Positions 11,649-20,958 of a stretch of DNA of 64,000 nucleotides are shown piece by piece. The stretch's first letter is position 1, and every line of letters begins with the position of its first letter. The position numbers were made by a program, and so were the translations under genes. The stretch is from Savitreella phatthalungensis (taxonomy: Eukaryota): positions 248,001 to 312,000 of the forward strand of contig AP039715.1 of the NCBI GenBank assembly GCA_051599415.1, written 5' to 3'. The notes under the pieces are model-generated. The model saw only the letters and a program-made list of their open reading frames with translations. It was not told the DNA's origin and did not search any database.

Positions 11649-13232
11649 CTATGGAAGGTAGTCTGGTAGTCTTGTGGATCCAAAGACGTCAGCGTAGTAC
11701 TTCTTCGCCTTGTCACAGATCCCCGACTGCCCGTACCACGTCCTGATCCTGTTCTCCAATTTGCATGCTACCCATTCGGCCTCTTCCCAGAACCTTCGCT
11801 CGATGTCGTAATCCCCAAAGCCGAGGGATGGATCGAGATCAAAAGCTCTTCTGTGCGTGCCGTTTTCATGCAATGTGACCTTCGGGTCATCGTAGATGAG
11901 AGCCGGGTTGAATTTTGGGAAATTGATGTGCATGAAGAATGGTCGAGGACGTGGACCTGCGGCATCGCGCTCTTTCGCGGGATGCTGGACCCGATATATG
12001 CCTTGCTGTGTAAGGGTGTAGTCGTCCCGCGGATCGAATTGGACCATTGCCGTGCCTTCCCACTTGCCCTTGACGGCGTGGCCGATTGGTGAGACGGGCT
12101 CGCTGACTTGGTAGAATGGCTCACCCAAGCGTTCAGCCGCGGCGACAAATGTCTCCTTGTCACCCTCACCGGGCGCATGCTGCGATTGCAGTCGATAGTA
12201 GTGAAGCGGTCCGTAGTAATTCCAGTACGCTGACAAGAGAAGTGACTTGCCGTGCATGCGCTTGGAGATGAGAATCTCCCCGGTCTCGGACGATGCTTGT
12301 CGATACATCGACGGCATGGTAGATCCGATGATATCGTAAAAATGCTGTGATGGAGAGATGGCCCAGAAGTCTGGCCAGAGTACGTAGCCGGTCGACTTGA
12401 ATGGCTCGCTCTCGAAGAGCTGCTCCGGATCTTTGACTGGCCATGCATCCGCATCGAGGAATAGGACCTCCTCAAAGGACGAGAATAGCAATGCAAACAC
12501 CTTCAGCTGATAGTTGTACAAGTGGACCTTTGTCTTGGTCTTGACTGGATCGATGTACTCGGCGAGGATGACGCACCGAGCATTGAAGGACGGCAAGACC
12601 TGCTGACAAAAGTGCGATTCGTACTCTGAGGGGTTTTCGAGGAATACCTCCATTGGCAGCTTGCTGCCAAATCTCCTGAGCAGACGGAGGGTCATGGCGA
12701 CAAGCGGCAAATACTTACCTCCGGCAGTCACCACAATCCCACGAGTGCCATTGGCGTAGACCAGGTCGACGTTTGATTCCTGTCCGGCGATCCTGTCAAC
12801 ATATTTGTCGTGGGCAGCTTTCATCGTCGCTACCTGTTCTTCAGTCATGTTGATGTGCGGCAACGGCACCCGGGTTGTGTTGGAGAAATCGAGTGTATCG
12901 TAGCCAATGAGCTCTGCAGCACCGTCCCGCTGGAGTTCGCCAACACCAGGAGGATTGTCCAGTAGAGCTGATGACAAGTTGGCCCAGAACGTGATCTGAT
13001 CCTGATGTGATATGTCAGGAAGTCCCCCATCAGCAGAGCAGGAACCTGTCGTCGGTGCTTTGGATTGCATCGGAGATTCATTCTGGTAGTCTGAAGTACT
13101 TGAACTCGTCGTGCCGCGAAGCGTGCTAAACTGATCGCTGATGATCCGGACGTGATCGGAGCGGTGAAAGATGATGAGAAGAGAGAGAGTGATGATGGCG
13201 GCGGCAATCGCAGCGCGTTTGACGCGCAGCAT
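11649..13232 (-). CDS. Alpha-1,2-mannosyltransferase, Mnn2/Mnn5 family (GT71), type II membrane protein
   Basis: N-terminal signal-anchor; RGIVVTAGGKY, LRRFGSKLPMEVF, YQLKVFALLFSSFEEVLFLDAD, LWPDFW, ETGEILISK, GEGDKETF. Confidence 0.9.
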   Translation of the reverse strand: MLRVKRAAIAAAIITLSLLIIFHRSDHVRIISDQFSTLRGTTSSSTSDYQNESPMQSKAPTTGSCSADGGLPDISHQDQITFWANLSSALLDNPPGVGELQRDGAAELIGYDTLDFSNTTRVPLPHINMTEEQVATMKAAHDKYVDRIAGQESNVDLVYANGTRGIVVTAGGKYLPLVAMTLRLLRRFGSKLPMEVFLENPSEYESHFCQQVLPSFNARCVILAEYIDPVKTKTKVHLYNYQLKVFALLFSSFEEVLFLDADAWPVKDPEQLFESEPFKSTGYVLWPDFWAISPSQHFYDIIGSTMPSMYRQASSETGEILISKRMHGKSLLLSAYWNYYGPLHYYRLQSQHAPGEGDKETFVAAAERLGEPFYQVSEPVSPIGHAVKGKWEGTAMVQFDPRDDYTLTQQGIYRVQHPAKERDAAGPRPRPFFMHINFPKFNPALIYDDPKVTLHENGTHRRAFDLDPSLGFGDYDIERRFWEEAEWVACKLENRIRTWYGQSGICDKAKKYYADVFGSTRLPDYLP

Positions 13233-13618
13233 CCTTCCCGTCGTTCTCTACCCTGCGAAGTATCAGCTCAGCCAAAAGCACGTCCTGCTGACTCCACGAC
13301 GTGACGTCGTTCTTCTGATTTCCACCCTGCTCGGCGGCTCTTGGAACAACGACCGACCGCGCCTGGTCTCTGAAGATGCGTGAAGACCCGTATATCAAAA
13401 ATCTAGGAAGAATCGAGGGACGCGTCTGAATTGCTATCTTCCCAGATCGAGCACGGTAACGAGTAAGGATGAATGCTGCTGGATCGAGGCTACCTCAAGC
13501 AGCTGCACTACGACCTGAGGAAAGGGGTGTCACAGACTGCAGACTACAGGCCCATTTGAGGTGTGAAGTGCTTGCCTGCCGTGGCAAGAGAAGTTTCCGC
13601 ACTACCTGGCTAGTTCTG

Positions 13619-13692
13619 GATCACCAGCTGCGGGTAGCACAAAATTCAGGAGGAAGATCACCAGCTGCGGATAGCACAAAATTCAGGAGGAA
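13619..13692. repeat. Direct tandem duplication, 37 bp x2, one mismatch
   Basis: gatcaccagctgcgg(g/a)tagcacaaaattcaggaggaa at 13619-13655 and 13656-13692. Confidence 0.9.
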
Positions 13693-14416
13693 AACTGTAA
13701 GCTGAAGGATTTATAGTTCCAGTGAGTTCTGTACCGGGATAGAGCTTACAACACGGGAAGATTGTATAATTGTATATCTGAGGAAGGCTAAGACACGCTG
13801 GAACAATTACCCTAATCGTCATCGTATGGGCACCGCGCGCCTGTGACATTTCTCCTTATATCTTCAAACATCCTGGAGCTGATAAACATTGGGCTATATT
13901 ATCGAGCAGGAGAGGAGAGGGTCTTGAACATGCGTTTCTCTGCTTCCGAAGAACAGTTGACCCACCACAGATAGCAATAAAAACTGACAAACGCTCTCAA
14001 ACAAAGCGTGGTGAATTGGTTACCGAGTGTGGCGTTCCAAAGAAAACAATCTGACCTCGGTTCAATGTTCTGAACCATAGGAATGCTAGATCACTGAGCA
14101 ATTCATCGATCGGTCGATCGAGTACTATCATCATCATTCATTCGAAACTCCCTGCCAAGATCTCTAGATCCAATAGCCACAAGACTGTGGATGATGAAAG
14201 AATTCCCCGCGAGCGATATGCTCCAAACGTCAGAAAAGCGATACACTGATGTCTGGATAAGGTGAGTTATTGCCGCGATATCTAGAGTGTATCGAAAGAG
14301 GATCTTTTGATATCCATCTGGACGACAAGAAGCGCAACACGAGGAATAACAAGAGCAAAAGAAGAAATAGAAGAAGAAGAAAAGGAAAAATCAAAGAGAG
14401 AAATTAAAGAAAAGGT

Positions 14417-14488
14417 CGATCCCGCAGGGGCTCGAACCCTGAATCGCTCCCTTAGGAAAGGAGTGCTCTACCATTAAGCCACGAGACC
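14417..14488 (-). tRNA. tRNA-Arg(CCT), intronless
   Basis: Reverse complement folds as a cloverleaf: acceptor GGTCTCG/CGGGATC+G, A-box TGGCTTAATGG, anticodon arm CTCCT-TTCCTAA-GGGAG, T-arm CAGGG-TTCGAGC-CCCTG; T-run (Pol III terminator) follows. Confidence 0.93.
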
Positions 14489-14568
14489 TCGTCAGGAAGC
14501 ACAGAAAATGTGCACGAGCGCCGATGAAGCCAGAACAGAATACATAACCCCAGAAGAGGAAAAGGAAG

Positions 14569-14582
14569 TTAGGGTTAGGGTT
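14569..14582 (+). repeat. Interstitial telomeric-type repeat (TTAGGG)2TT
   Basis: ttagggttagggtt, with an inverted TAACCC about 20 bp to its left. Confidence 0.6.
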
Positions 14583-15512
14583 GCGGTCGCGCCCTTTCTT
14601 TCTTCCCTTGCAAGGTGATGAACGGCTCGAGCCGACTGAGGATTAGCTTCTTGCATCAGGTGAATGTCATATAGAGTCAGCTAGAGAAGCATCAAGTATT
14701 GTGAGTTGTGTGTACATCCCAGTCGGGTAGTTCATTCCAGTCTCGATGTCTGCACAGACACCTCCTTTGTCTTGTCTAGATGAACAATTTAGACGTTATA
14801 GTTTCAGGTCGATTGAATCTCTCAATCAATTAATTGTTTATACCTGATCAATTCTGTGGAAGACAGGTTTATTTACATTTGTGGGGCAAGTCAATCTGAT
14901 CTCAGCCTGGAGGACGTGGGATCAACCTCATGTCAGGCGTAGACCCTTCCCTTTCATAGACAGCGTCATGTGGTGCAGTGCGCTGCCTCTGCGATACAGC
15001 GCAGCGCAGTGTGGTATGAGGCTGTACAATCCAAGACGCATTCACCGTATCAATCTCACGTGACGTGAAGAAACAATTTCAACATCGCTAGAGGTGTGTC
15101 ACATCAGCAGTGTTTATGCTGTGCGCCCGAGCTCAGATCAATCCTCTCGATAACATCGAGCTCGGCTACTTACTCTGACAGCTGAGTAGACGTTTCTTTC
15201 TCCACATCAGTCTCATCTACATTGATTACACTGATTGTACAGCTGATCGTGCTTCTTCAGTCACTAGTATAGCTCCACTCTTCAATCTGTTTGCACCTTC
15301 AGCACACATCCAAGATTACACACTCGCGCACAGGCGCAATCACAAGCACACCAAAAGCACGAGTTCCGATATTGATCTTCTACATAAACTGAAGCGCACG
15401 CTTAGACACGCCGAGGCGTTCAAGACCGTCTTCCGATATCACATAACGGCTTACTAGCTCAGCTACAAGCACGGCTCAGGCTGCAGAGTCTGCTGATCCC
15501 TCCTATACAGAC

Positions 15513-17819
15513 ATGTCTCGACGCACAAAGTCCGTCGCTTTCGAATCCTCCCGCCATTTCGATCATGATCAGGGTGACGCATGCAGCATTGACGAGAACA
15601 CGACATTGCTCCGACGCAACGACTATTACAGCTACACGCAGTCAGCGCCAAGCTCTCCGATCTTCCTTTCTCATGCGTCAAGTGTAATCCGGCGCGCGCG
15701 CAGCAATATCTCCATCGGTACACGCGCGGAAACGATCGTCGGCCATCAGCACTCTGCTCTCGATCCTAATCGTACCTGGTATAACAACTTCACGACCATT
15801 GATTGGCTTCGCGAAGGCGTGCGTACTGCCCGGGATCAAAGCTCCCTGTCACTTGGAGGCTTTCAGGGCTGGCTGTGCTGCTTCTTCGTGTCTCTGTTGA
15901 CTGCGACAGTCGGATACGCAATCATGCTCTGCGAAGACTGGCTCTTCTCCATAAAGTCAGGACGGTGCTCGAGCGGCTGGTGGAAGTCCCATGACCGTTG
16001 TCAGCGAGACTTTATGCCATGGTCACACAAGCTCCTGACAGCTTTCACCATTCACACTGTACTGGCGTGTGCCTTTGCCCTACTAGCAGCACTTCTGACA
16101 ATGACGACCTTGACAGTCTTCCCTTCTGGTAAGCGTCTCTACATGGCTGCGGGATCTGGCATCCCGGAAGTCAAGGTGATTTTGTCCGGCTTCGTGATTC
16201 ATGGTTTCCTTGGCATCAACACCCTGTTTGTCAAGGTTGTCGGTCTGACACTGGCCGTCGCGTCTGGTATGAATCTAGGCAAAGAAGGACCGCTTGTCCA
16301 TATTGCCAGCTGCATCGCCAATATCGTCTCCCGCTGCTTTCCTCAGATCAACATCAGCGAGGTACGCAGGCGTAAGACGATCTCCGCCGCATGTGCAGCT
16401 GGCGTCAGCACGGCGTTTGGTGCTCCCATTGGTGGTGTACTCTTCGCGCTCGAGGAAGCTTCAACATTCTTCTCCCAAAAGACGATGTGGCGTAGTTTCT
16501 TCTCAGCTGCAGTCGCCGCAGGCTTGCTGAGAACCTTCAATCCCCACGGGACAGGCAAAATCATGCTGCTCGAAACTACGTTCGACCGTCCTTGGCGCTT
16601 CAACGAGATACCGATCTTTGTGCTGCTCGGTGCGCTAGGCGGCATCTTCGGAGGTGTGTTTTGCATCGCTAACATCGCGTGGTCACGACACGTTCGCAGC
16701 AGCCGGATCGTCTCTTCGCACCCGATCTTTGAGGTGCTCGTTGTCTGTCTTCTCTCTAGCTCGCTCTCGTACTGGAATTTGTGGACACGCATGAGTGGTA
16801 TTCATATGGTGAACGAGTTGCTCACACGATGCTCTACAAAACACCTCGAGGATTATTCTCACCTATGTCCTCGACCAGATGCAGATACCTCCGGCATCAT
16901 TCTGTCTCTGACAAGCGCAATGCTCCTGAAAGTTTTGCTCACGACTGTCACTTTCGGTCTGAAGCTGCCAGCAGGTATCTTCGTGCCATGCTTGTCGATC
17001 GGAGCACTATATGGCAGGGTCATCGGACTCCTGCTACAATCGAAATGGTCGCTCCCACTGGAGCCTGGCGTTTATGCCATGCTAGGCGCGGCAGCAGCGT
17101 TGGCCGGTGTCACTAGGATGACCGTATCGCTCGTCGTCATCATGCTCGAGCTCACGAATTCGCTGCATCACGCAGTACCGCTCATGGTCACCGTCCTGGT
17201 GGCGAAGTGGATAGCGGATGTGATTGAACGTCGGAGCATCTACGAGCTTCTGATCGAGCTCAACGACTGGCCATTTCTCAGCTCCCACAATGCTACAATC
17301 GGCCATTCGATCGACGATCTACTGCCTTCACCACAATCGACTTACGCTGCTACGGTCGATGTCACTGAAGTCGCCACAGTCTCAAAGGGCGTTCTTCTCG
17401 ACAAGATTGCGGTCGTACGCAAGGAAGGCTTCGGCGATGGTAGCCTGGCTGTGGTCAAACATGGTCGACTGATTGGCTCTGTCTCGCTGGCAGATCTGGC
17501 ACTCTCACTTGATCTCCTTGCGGCAATGAGCAACGATGTTCCGCTCCTCATCGACCCCTTCGTCGGAAAGCTCGGCGACCTCACCACCGAGGAGTTTCCC
17601 CGACTCAAGACGCCCGATACTGCAGAGACGACATCACTCACGAATCTTACGCCCATCGTCGATTGTGCACCGCTCTCCTTAGCTCGTACAACGCCGCTCG
17701 ACATGGTCAATGACCTCTTTGCCAAGCTCGGTCTTCGTCAGCTCGCAATTCATGACGACGACGGCCGATACATTGGTTCCATTCATCGCAAGCGACTAGT
17801 TCGCGCGATGCGCAAGTAG
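15513..17819 (+). CDS. CLC-family chloride/proton exchanger with C-terminal CBS domains
   Basis: FTTIDW, GSGIPE, GKEGPLVH, FGAPIGGVLFALEE, PAGIFVP, GVTRMTVSLVVIMLELT, SIYE, LFAKLGLR. Confidence 0.93.
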   Translation: MSRRTKSVAFESSRHFDHDQGDACSIDENTTLLRRNDYYSYTQSAPSSPIFLSHASSVIRRARSNISIGTRAETIVGHQHSALDPNRTWYNNFTTIDWLREGVRTARDQSSLSLGGFQGWLCCFFVSLLTATVGYAIMLCEDWLFSIKSGRCSSGWWKSHDRCQRDFMPWSHKLLTAFTIHTVLACAFALLAALLTMTTLTVFPSGKRLYMAAGSGIPEVKVILSGFVIHGFLGINTLFVKVVGLTLAVASGMNLGKEGPLVHIASCIANIVSRCFPQINISEVRRRKTISAACAAGVSTAFGAPIGGVLFALEEASTFFSQKTMWRSFFSAAVAAGLLRTFNPHGTGKIMLLETTFDRPWRFNEIPIFVLLGALGGIFGGVFCIANIAWSRHVRSSRIVSSHPIFEVLVVCLLSSSLSYWNLWTRMSGIHMVNELLTRCSTKHLEDYSHLCPRPDADTSGIILSLTSAMLLKVLLTTVTFGLKLPAGIFVPCLSIGALYGRVIGLLLQSKWSLPLEPGVYAMLGAAAALAGVTRMTVSLVVIMLELTNSLHHAVPLMVTVLVAKWIADVIERRSIYELLIELNDWPFLSSHNATIGHSIDDLLPSPQSTYAATVDVTEVATVSKGVLLDKIAVVRKEGFGDGSLAVVKHGRLIGSVSLADLALSLDLLAAMSNDVPLLIDPFVGKLGDLTTEEFPRLKTPDTAETTSLTNLTPIVDCAPLSLARTTPLDMVNDLFAKLGLRQLAIHDDDGRYIGSIHRKRLVRAMRK

Positions 17820-18133
17820 ACAAGCACAGCCAATGCATAATGATCTTCACGACGCTTCTCATACTTGTGCCCGGTGGCAACACCGTCCAACAGTTGCCGC
17901 CACAATCTGGTTGAGCACATGCCATAAATTCGGATGTTCACAGTTCTGCTTTTGGCAGTTTCTCGTTCTATAACTTAAATTTATTCCTGTGGAGTCTCCA
18001 CAACGGCTCGGCAGTGGATGATGCAGTCGATTTGAGATAGTGTGACACCATCTTGACACACATACGTATAGACATACATCTTCTACCACTCGACTGCGCT
18101 TGACTTGGACATCGGTCCAGAAGTTACTTGGAG

Positions 18134-18610
18134 ATGAGCGGAAGCGGTACAAGGCGATTGATCCGTGAGCTTCAGGATGTTCAGAAATCGCTACCTCCGC
18201 ACCTGATCTCCCTGCGGCCTGCGACAGAGGCTGACCTGTCGCACTGGGAATGCCGGTTCGCCGGTCAGGATGACGGTCCCTTCAGTGGCGGCGTTTTCAC
18301 TGTCGATGTTCGGTGTGACGATCGGTACCCGATGGGTCCGCCAACGATGAAGTTTCTGACGAAAGTGTGCCACCCAAACGTTGACATCCGTACGGGCGAG
18401 ATCTGCCTCGACATCCTCAAGGCTCAGTGGTCGCCAGCGTGGACGCTCGCGGCAGCATGCACAGCCGTCAGAGAACTTCTAGCATCCCCAGCTCCAGACT
18501 CACCCCTCAACATCGACGCCGCAAACCTACTCAGAGCAGGCGACATCCTAGGCTACGAATCCCTCGTCAAGATGTACGTCGACCTCCACGCCCGCCCGGC
18601 CAGGGAGTAG
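18134..18610 (+). CDS. PEX4: Ubiquitin-conjugating enzyme E2, Pex4 type
   Basis: RRLIREL, YPMGPP, HPNV..GEICLDILK (active-site Cys), WSPAWTL, PDSPLNIDAANLLRAGD. First ATG at 18134. Confidence 0.8.
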   Translation: MSGSGTRRLIRELQDVQKSLPPHLISLRPATEADLSHWECRFAGQDDGPFSGGVFTVDVRCDDRYPMGPPTMKFLTKVCHPNVDIRTGEICLDILKAQWSPAWTLAAACTAVRELLASPAPDSPLNIDAANLLRAGDILGYESLVKMYVDLHARPARE

Positions 18611-18702
18611 TAGCCATTCGCCTCAGACCAACATGTATGTTTACTTTATTTACGTTCTATTCATTAGCTGTACATTCTTGCTTTGTGCCTCCGCACGCAC
18701 TG

Positions 18703-19455
18703 TCATCCTTGCAGCATCTTCTTGACAAGCTCATCGACACCGCCCGAGGCGCGCAGATACCTGCTCTGCGTCAGCCGACCTCTGAGGGCTGGATTGTGTG
18801 CATGCTGTGGTGTCCGTGACGATGGTGGGCCGATTGTCGATCGAAGTCGTTCTAGTTTGGGTTGCGGTGTGAACGGCGTATTGTTTCGAGGCCACGCGAG
18901 CTTGTCTTGCTTCTTCGTGGACAGCCCCTCGAAGTTCGTCACACACGCCTGATACCCTTCCCAGACGAGCTTCTTCACAACCCTCCACTCGACCGTCGCA
19001 GCCCCCAGCCCACGAGCCAGAAACACCAAGTGCATCTCCCGCGCAGGCACCACAGCATCCCCACCTAGCTTGCGTTTCCGTTCGGCCGCCTGAAAACGCG
19101 ACTGCAGCTCAGCAAGCAACGCACTCCGCAGGCGACGAACGATCTGATGGCGAACGACAGATGACTTTGACGTCGCTGACACACTCGTAGAGAAACTGAT
19201 CTGCAGTCGTGACGACAGTCGCACAGTCTGCGTATGCTGCTCGAAGTGAGAGAGCTTCGACGGAGTCACTACTGGAGTGATCTCGGCGCTAGTGCGAGTC
19301 TTCGAGGCAGAATCTAGAGCGGCAGCAGAGGTGCGTGCGGGGAAGTACCGCAGGTGAAAGTGCTTGCATGTGTACGCGAACGCACATCGCGGATGAAGTT
19401 GGAGGGACTCTGCTCCTTTTGTCGAGTCGATGATCAGCCTTCTAGCCATCCTCAT
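18703..19455 (-). CDS. Basic 250-aa protein, putative RnpA-like (bacterial-type RNase P protein fold), possibly mitochondrial
   Basis: First ATG at 19455 (MRMARRLII). Ordered segments HFHLRYF / RLQISFS / SKSSVVRHQIVRRLRSALL / HLVFLAR..AATVEW..VKKLV match the strand and helix order of RnpA. Product assignment is inference. Confidence 0.55.
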   Translation of the reverse strand: MRMARRLIIDSTKGAESLQLHPRCAFAYTCKHFHLRYFPARTSAAALDSASKTRTSAEITPVVTPSKLSHFEQHTQTVRLSSRLQISFSTSVSATSKSSVVRHQIVRRLRSALLAELQSRFQAAERKRKLGGDAVVPAREMHLVFLARGLGAATVEWRVVKKLVWEGYQACVTNFEGLSTKKQDKLAWPRNNTPFTPQPKLERLRSTIGPPSSRTPQHAHNPALRGRLTQSRYLRASGGVDELVKKMLQG

Positions 19456-19771
19456 CGTGCCAGCCTTGTGACGGACATCGTCGTGAACTATTGAACAAAC
19501 GACTGTGTGCCTTGTGTTCTTTGTCGAGTGCTGTTGATGAGGGAGACCGGCTGACGTCAAAATTAAAGACGAGTCAAAATCAAAAGTTAAATTCAACCCG
19601 AAACGGGCGAGCGCGTAAGTGGTTGAGCATTTCCGAAGCAACGAGCGATAGACAGTAGATCTACGCGCGACGTGCCAAGCCTACAGCAGTCGACTATAAG
19701 AACGACGTCGACCTTGACATCTTCAATCTCGTCACGACGTCCGCAGCTGGGATAGTGAAGACTATAACAAG

Positions 19772-20683
19772 ATGGATTTGCTAGACCCGAGCTCCCTGAA
19801 TCTGACATCGATCCGATATGCTCTGATCCGGCAAGAGGACACAATCATCTTTAAGCTGATTGAGCGTGCACAGTTTCCGCTAAACCCTACGATCTACAAG
19901 CTGCCTTCGGATGGCGGTGTTTCGATCCCGGGATTCGAAGGCAGCTTCTTAGATTTCCTGATCTTCAAGAGCGAAGAGACTCACGCGCTCGTGCGAAGAT
20001 ACGAGTCTCCTGACGAGCTCCCATTCACAAAACCAGCATCTCGCCTACCATCGCCAATCCTCAAACCGCTGTCGTATCCACCACTCATCCACGACCCAGA
20101 CAAACGCGTCAACGTCAACGACCAGATCATGCAATTCTATCTGCAGCAAATCGTGCCTGCACTAACATCAAAGGCGTCTGGTGTCGTCGCTGGCGACAGT
20201 GCCGCTGCAGGTACAGGCACAAGTACTGCTGATGTTGGTGCTGGTGCTGGTGTGCCAGACGGTGATCGAGGTGAGGCGAGTGAGAACTACGGGTCTGCTG
20301 CGGTGGCTGATTTGGAGGCGCTCCAGGCGCTCTCACGACGGATCCACTACGGTAAGTTTGTGGCGGAGGTGAAGTACTTGTCTGACAAGGCAAACATGAC
20401 TGCGCTCATCAAGGCAAAGGACGTTGCAGCGATCGAGGAATCCATCACCAACCGCACCGTCGAAGCACAAGTTCTAGCCCGGTTGGCCAGAAAAGCAGCT
20501 GCATACGGTCGAGACCCCGCACAGGACGCGTGTACCCCAGCACCCACATCGACCACGACTCCAGCAGCAGCAGATGCCAAAGTCGACGTCGACACAGTCG
20601 TCAGGATGTACCGGGACTACGTGATTCCACTGACGAAGAAAGTCGAGGTCGACTACCTCCTGCAACGCCTCGAGTACGAGTAG
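19772..20683 (+). CDS. ARO7: Chorismate mutase, eukaryotic AroQ type
   Basis: LNLTSIRYALIRQEDTIIFKLIERAQF, VRRYESPDELPF, NYGSAAVAD, LQALSRRIHYGKFVAEVK, VIPLTKKVEVDYLLQRL. Confidence 0.96.
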   Translation: MDLLDPSSLNLTSIRYALIRQEDTIIFKLIERAQFPLNPTIYKLPSDGGVSIPGFEGSFLDFLIFKSEETHALVRRYESPDELPFTKPASRLPSPILKPLSYPPLIHDPDKRVNVNDQIMQFYLQQIVPALTSKASGVVAGDSAAAGTGTSTADVGAGAGVPDGDRGEASENYGSAAVADLEALQALSRRIHYGKFVAEVKYLSDKANMTALIKAKDVAAIEESITNRTVEAQVLARLARKAAAYGRDPAQDACTPAPTSTTTPAAADAKVDVDTVVRMYRDYVIPLTKKVEVDYLLQRLEYE

Positions 20684-20861
20684 GAAAAGGTTCAGGGAAC
20701 AAATTCCCAAGACATAGTAATGGCATTCGACATGATCATGTGCATCTGAGCTTGTGGTAAAGTCGATTATGTGCAGAGCGAGTATGTGCAGACCTCCTGC
20801 TTCATCGTTGGCGTGTGCGGCAAAAGGAAGAGCCAAAAATAAATAATAAATAATAAAAAGA

Positions 20862-20958
20862 TGACTGCGGCGGAACTCGAATCCGCGTCTCATCCAAACA
20901 ACTCCGAAATAATTTCAGACTTGGCAAGGATAAATCATAACCCCTAGACCACGCAGCC
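20862..20958 (-). tRNA. tRNA-Gly(GCC) with a 25-nt intron (20897-20921); atypical acceptor and T stems
   Basis: Reverse complement: GGCTGCG-TG-GTCT-AGGGGTTA-TGAT-T-TATCC-TTGCCA[intron]T-GGATG-AGAC-GCGGA-TTCGAGT-TCCGC-CGCAGTC-A; 72 nt mature, intron at position 37/38, T-run downstream. Confidence 0.8.

Noticed and set aside
13619..13692. 37-bp direct repeat as a CRISPR array
   Set aside because: Only two abutting copies, no spacers, no cas genes, eukaryotic context.
14183..14254. Possible C/D-box snoRNA (ATGATGA ... CTGA with AGAC/GTCT flanks)
   Set aside because: The C-to-D span is only about 59 nt, there are no clear C'/D' boxes and no rRNA- or snRNA-complementary guide was recognised; snoscan would be needed to rescue it.
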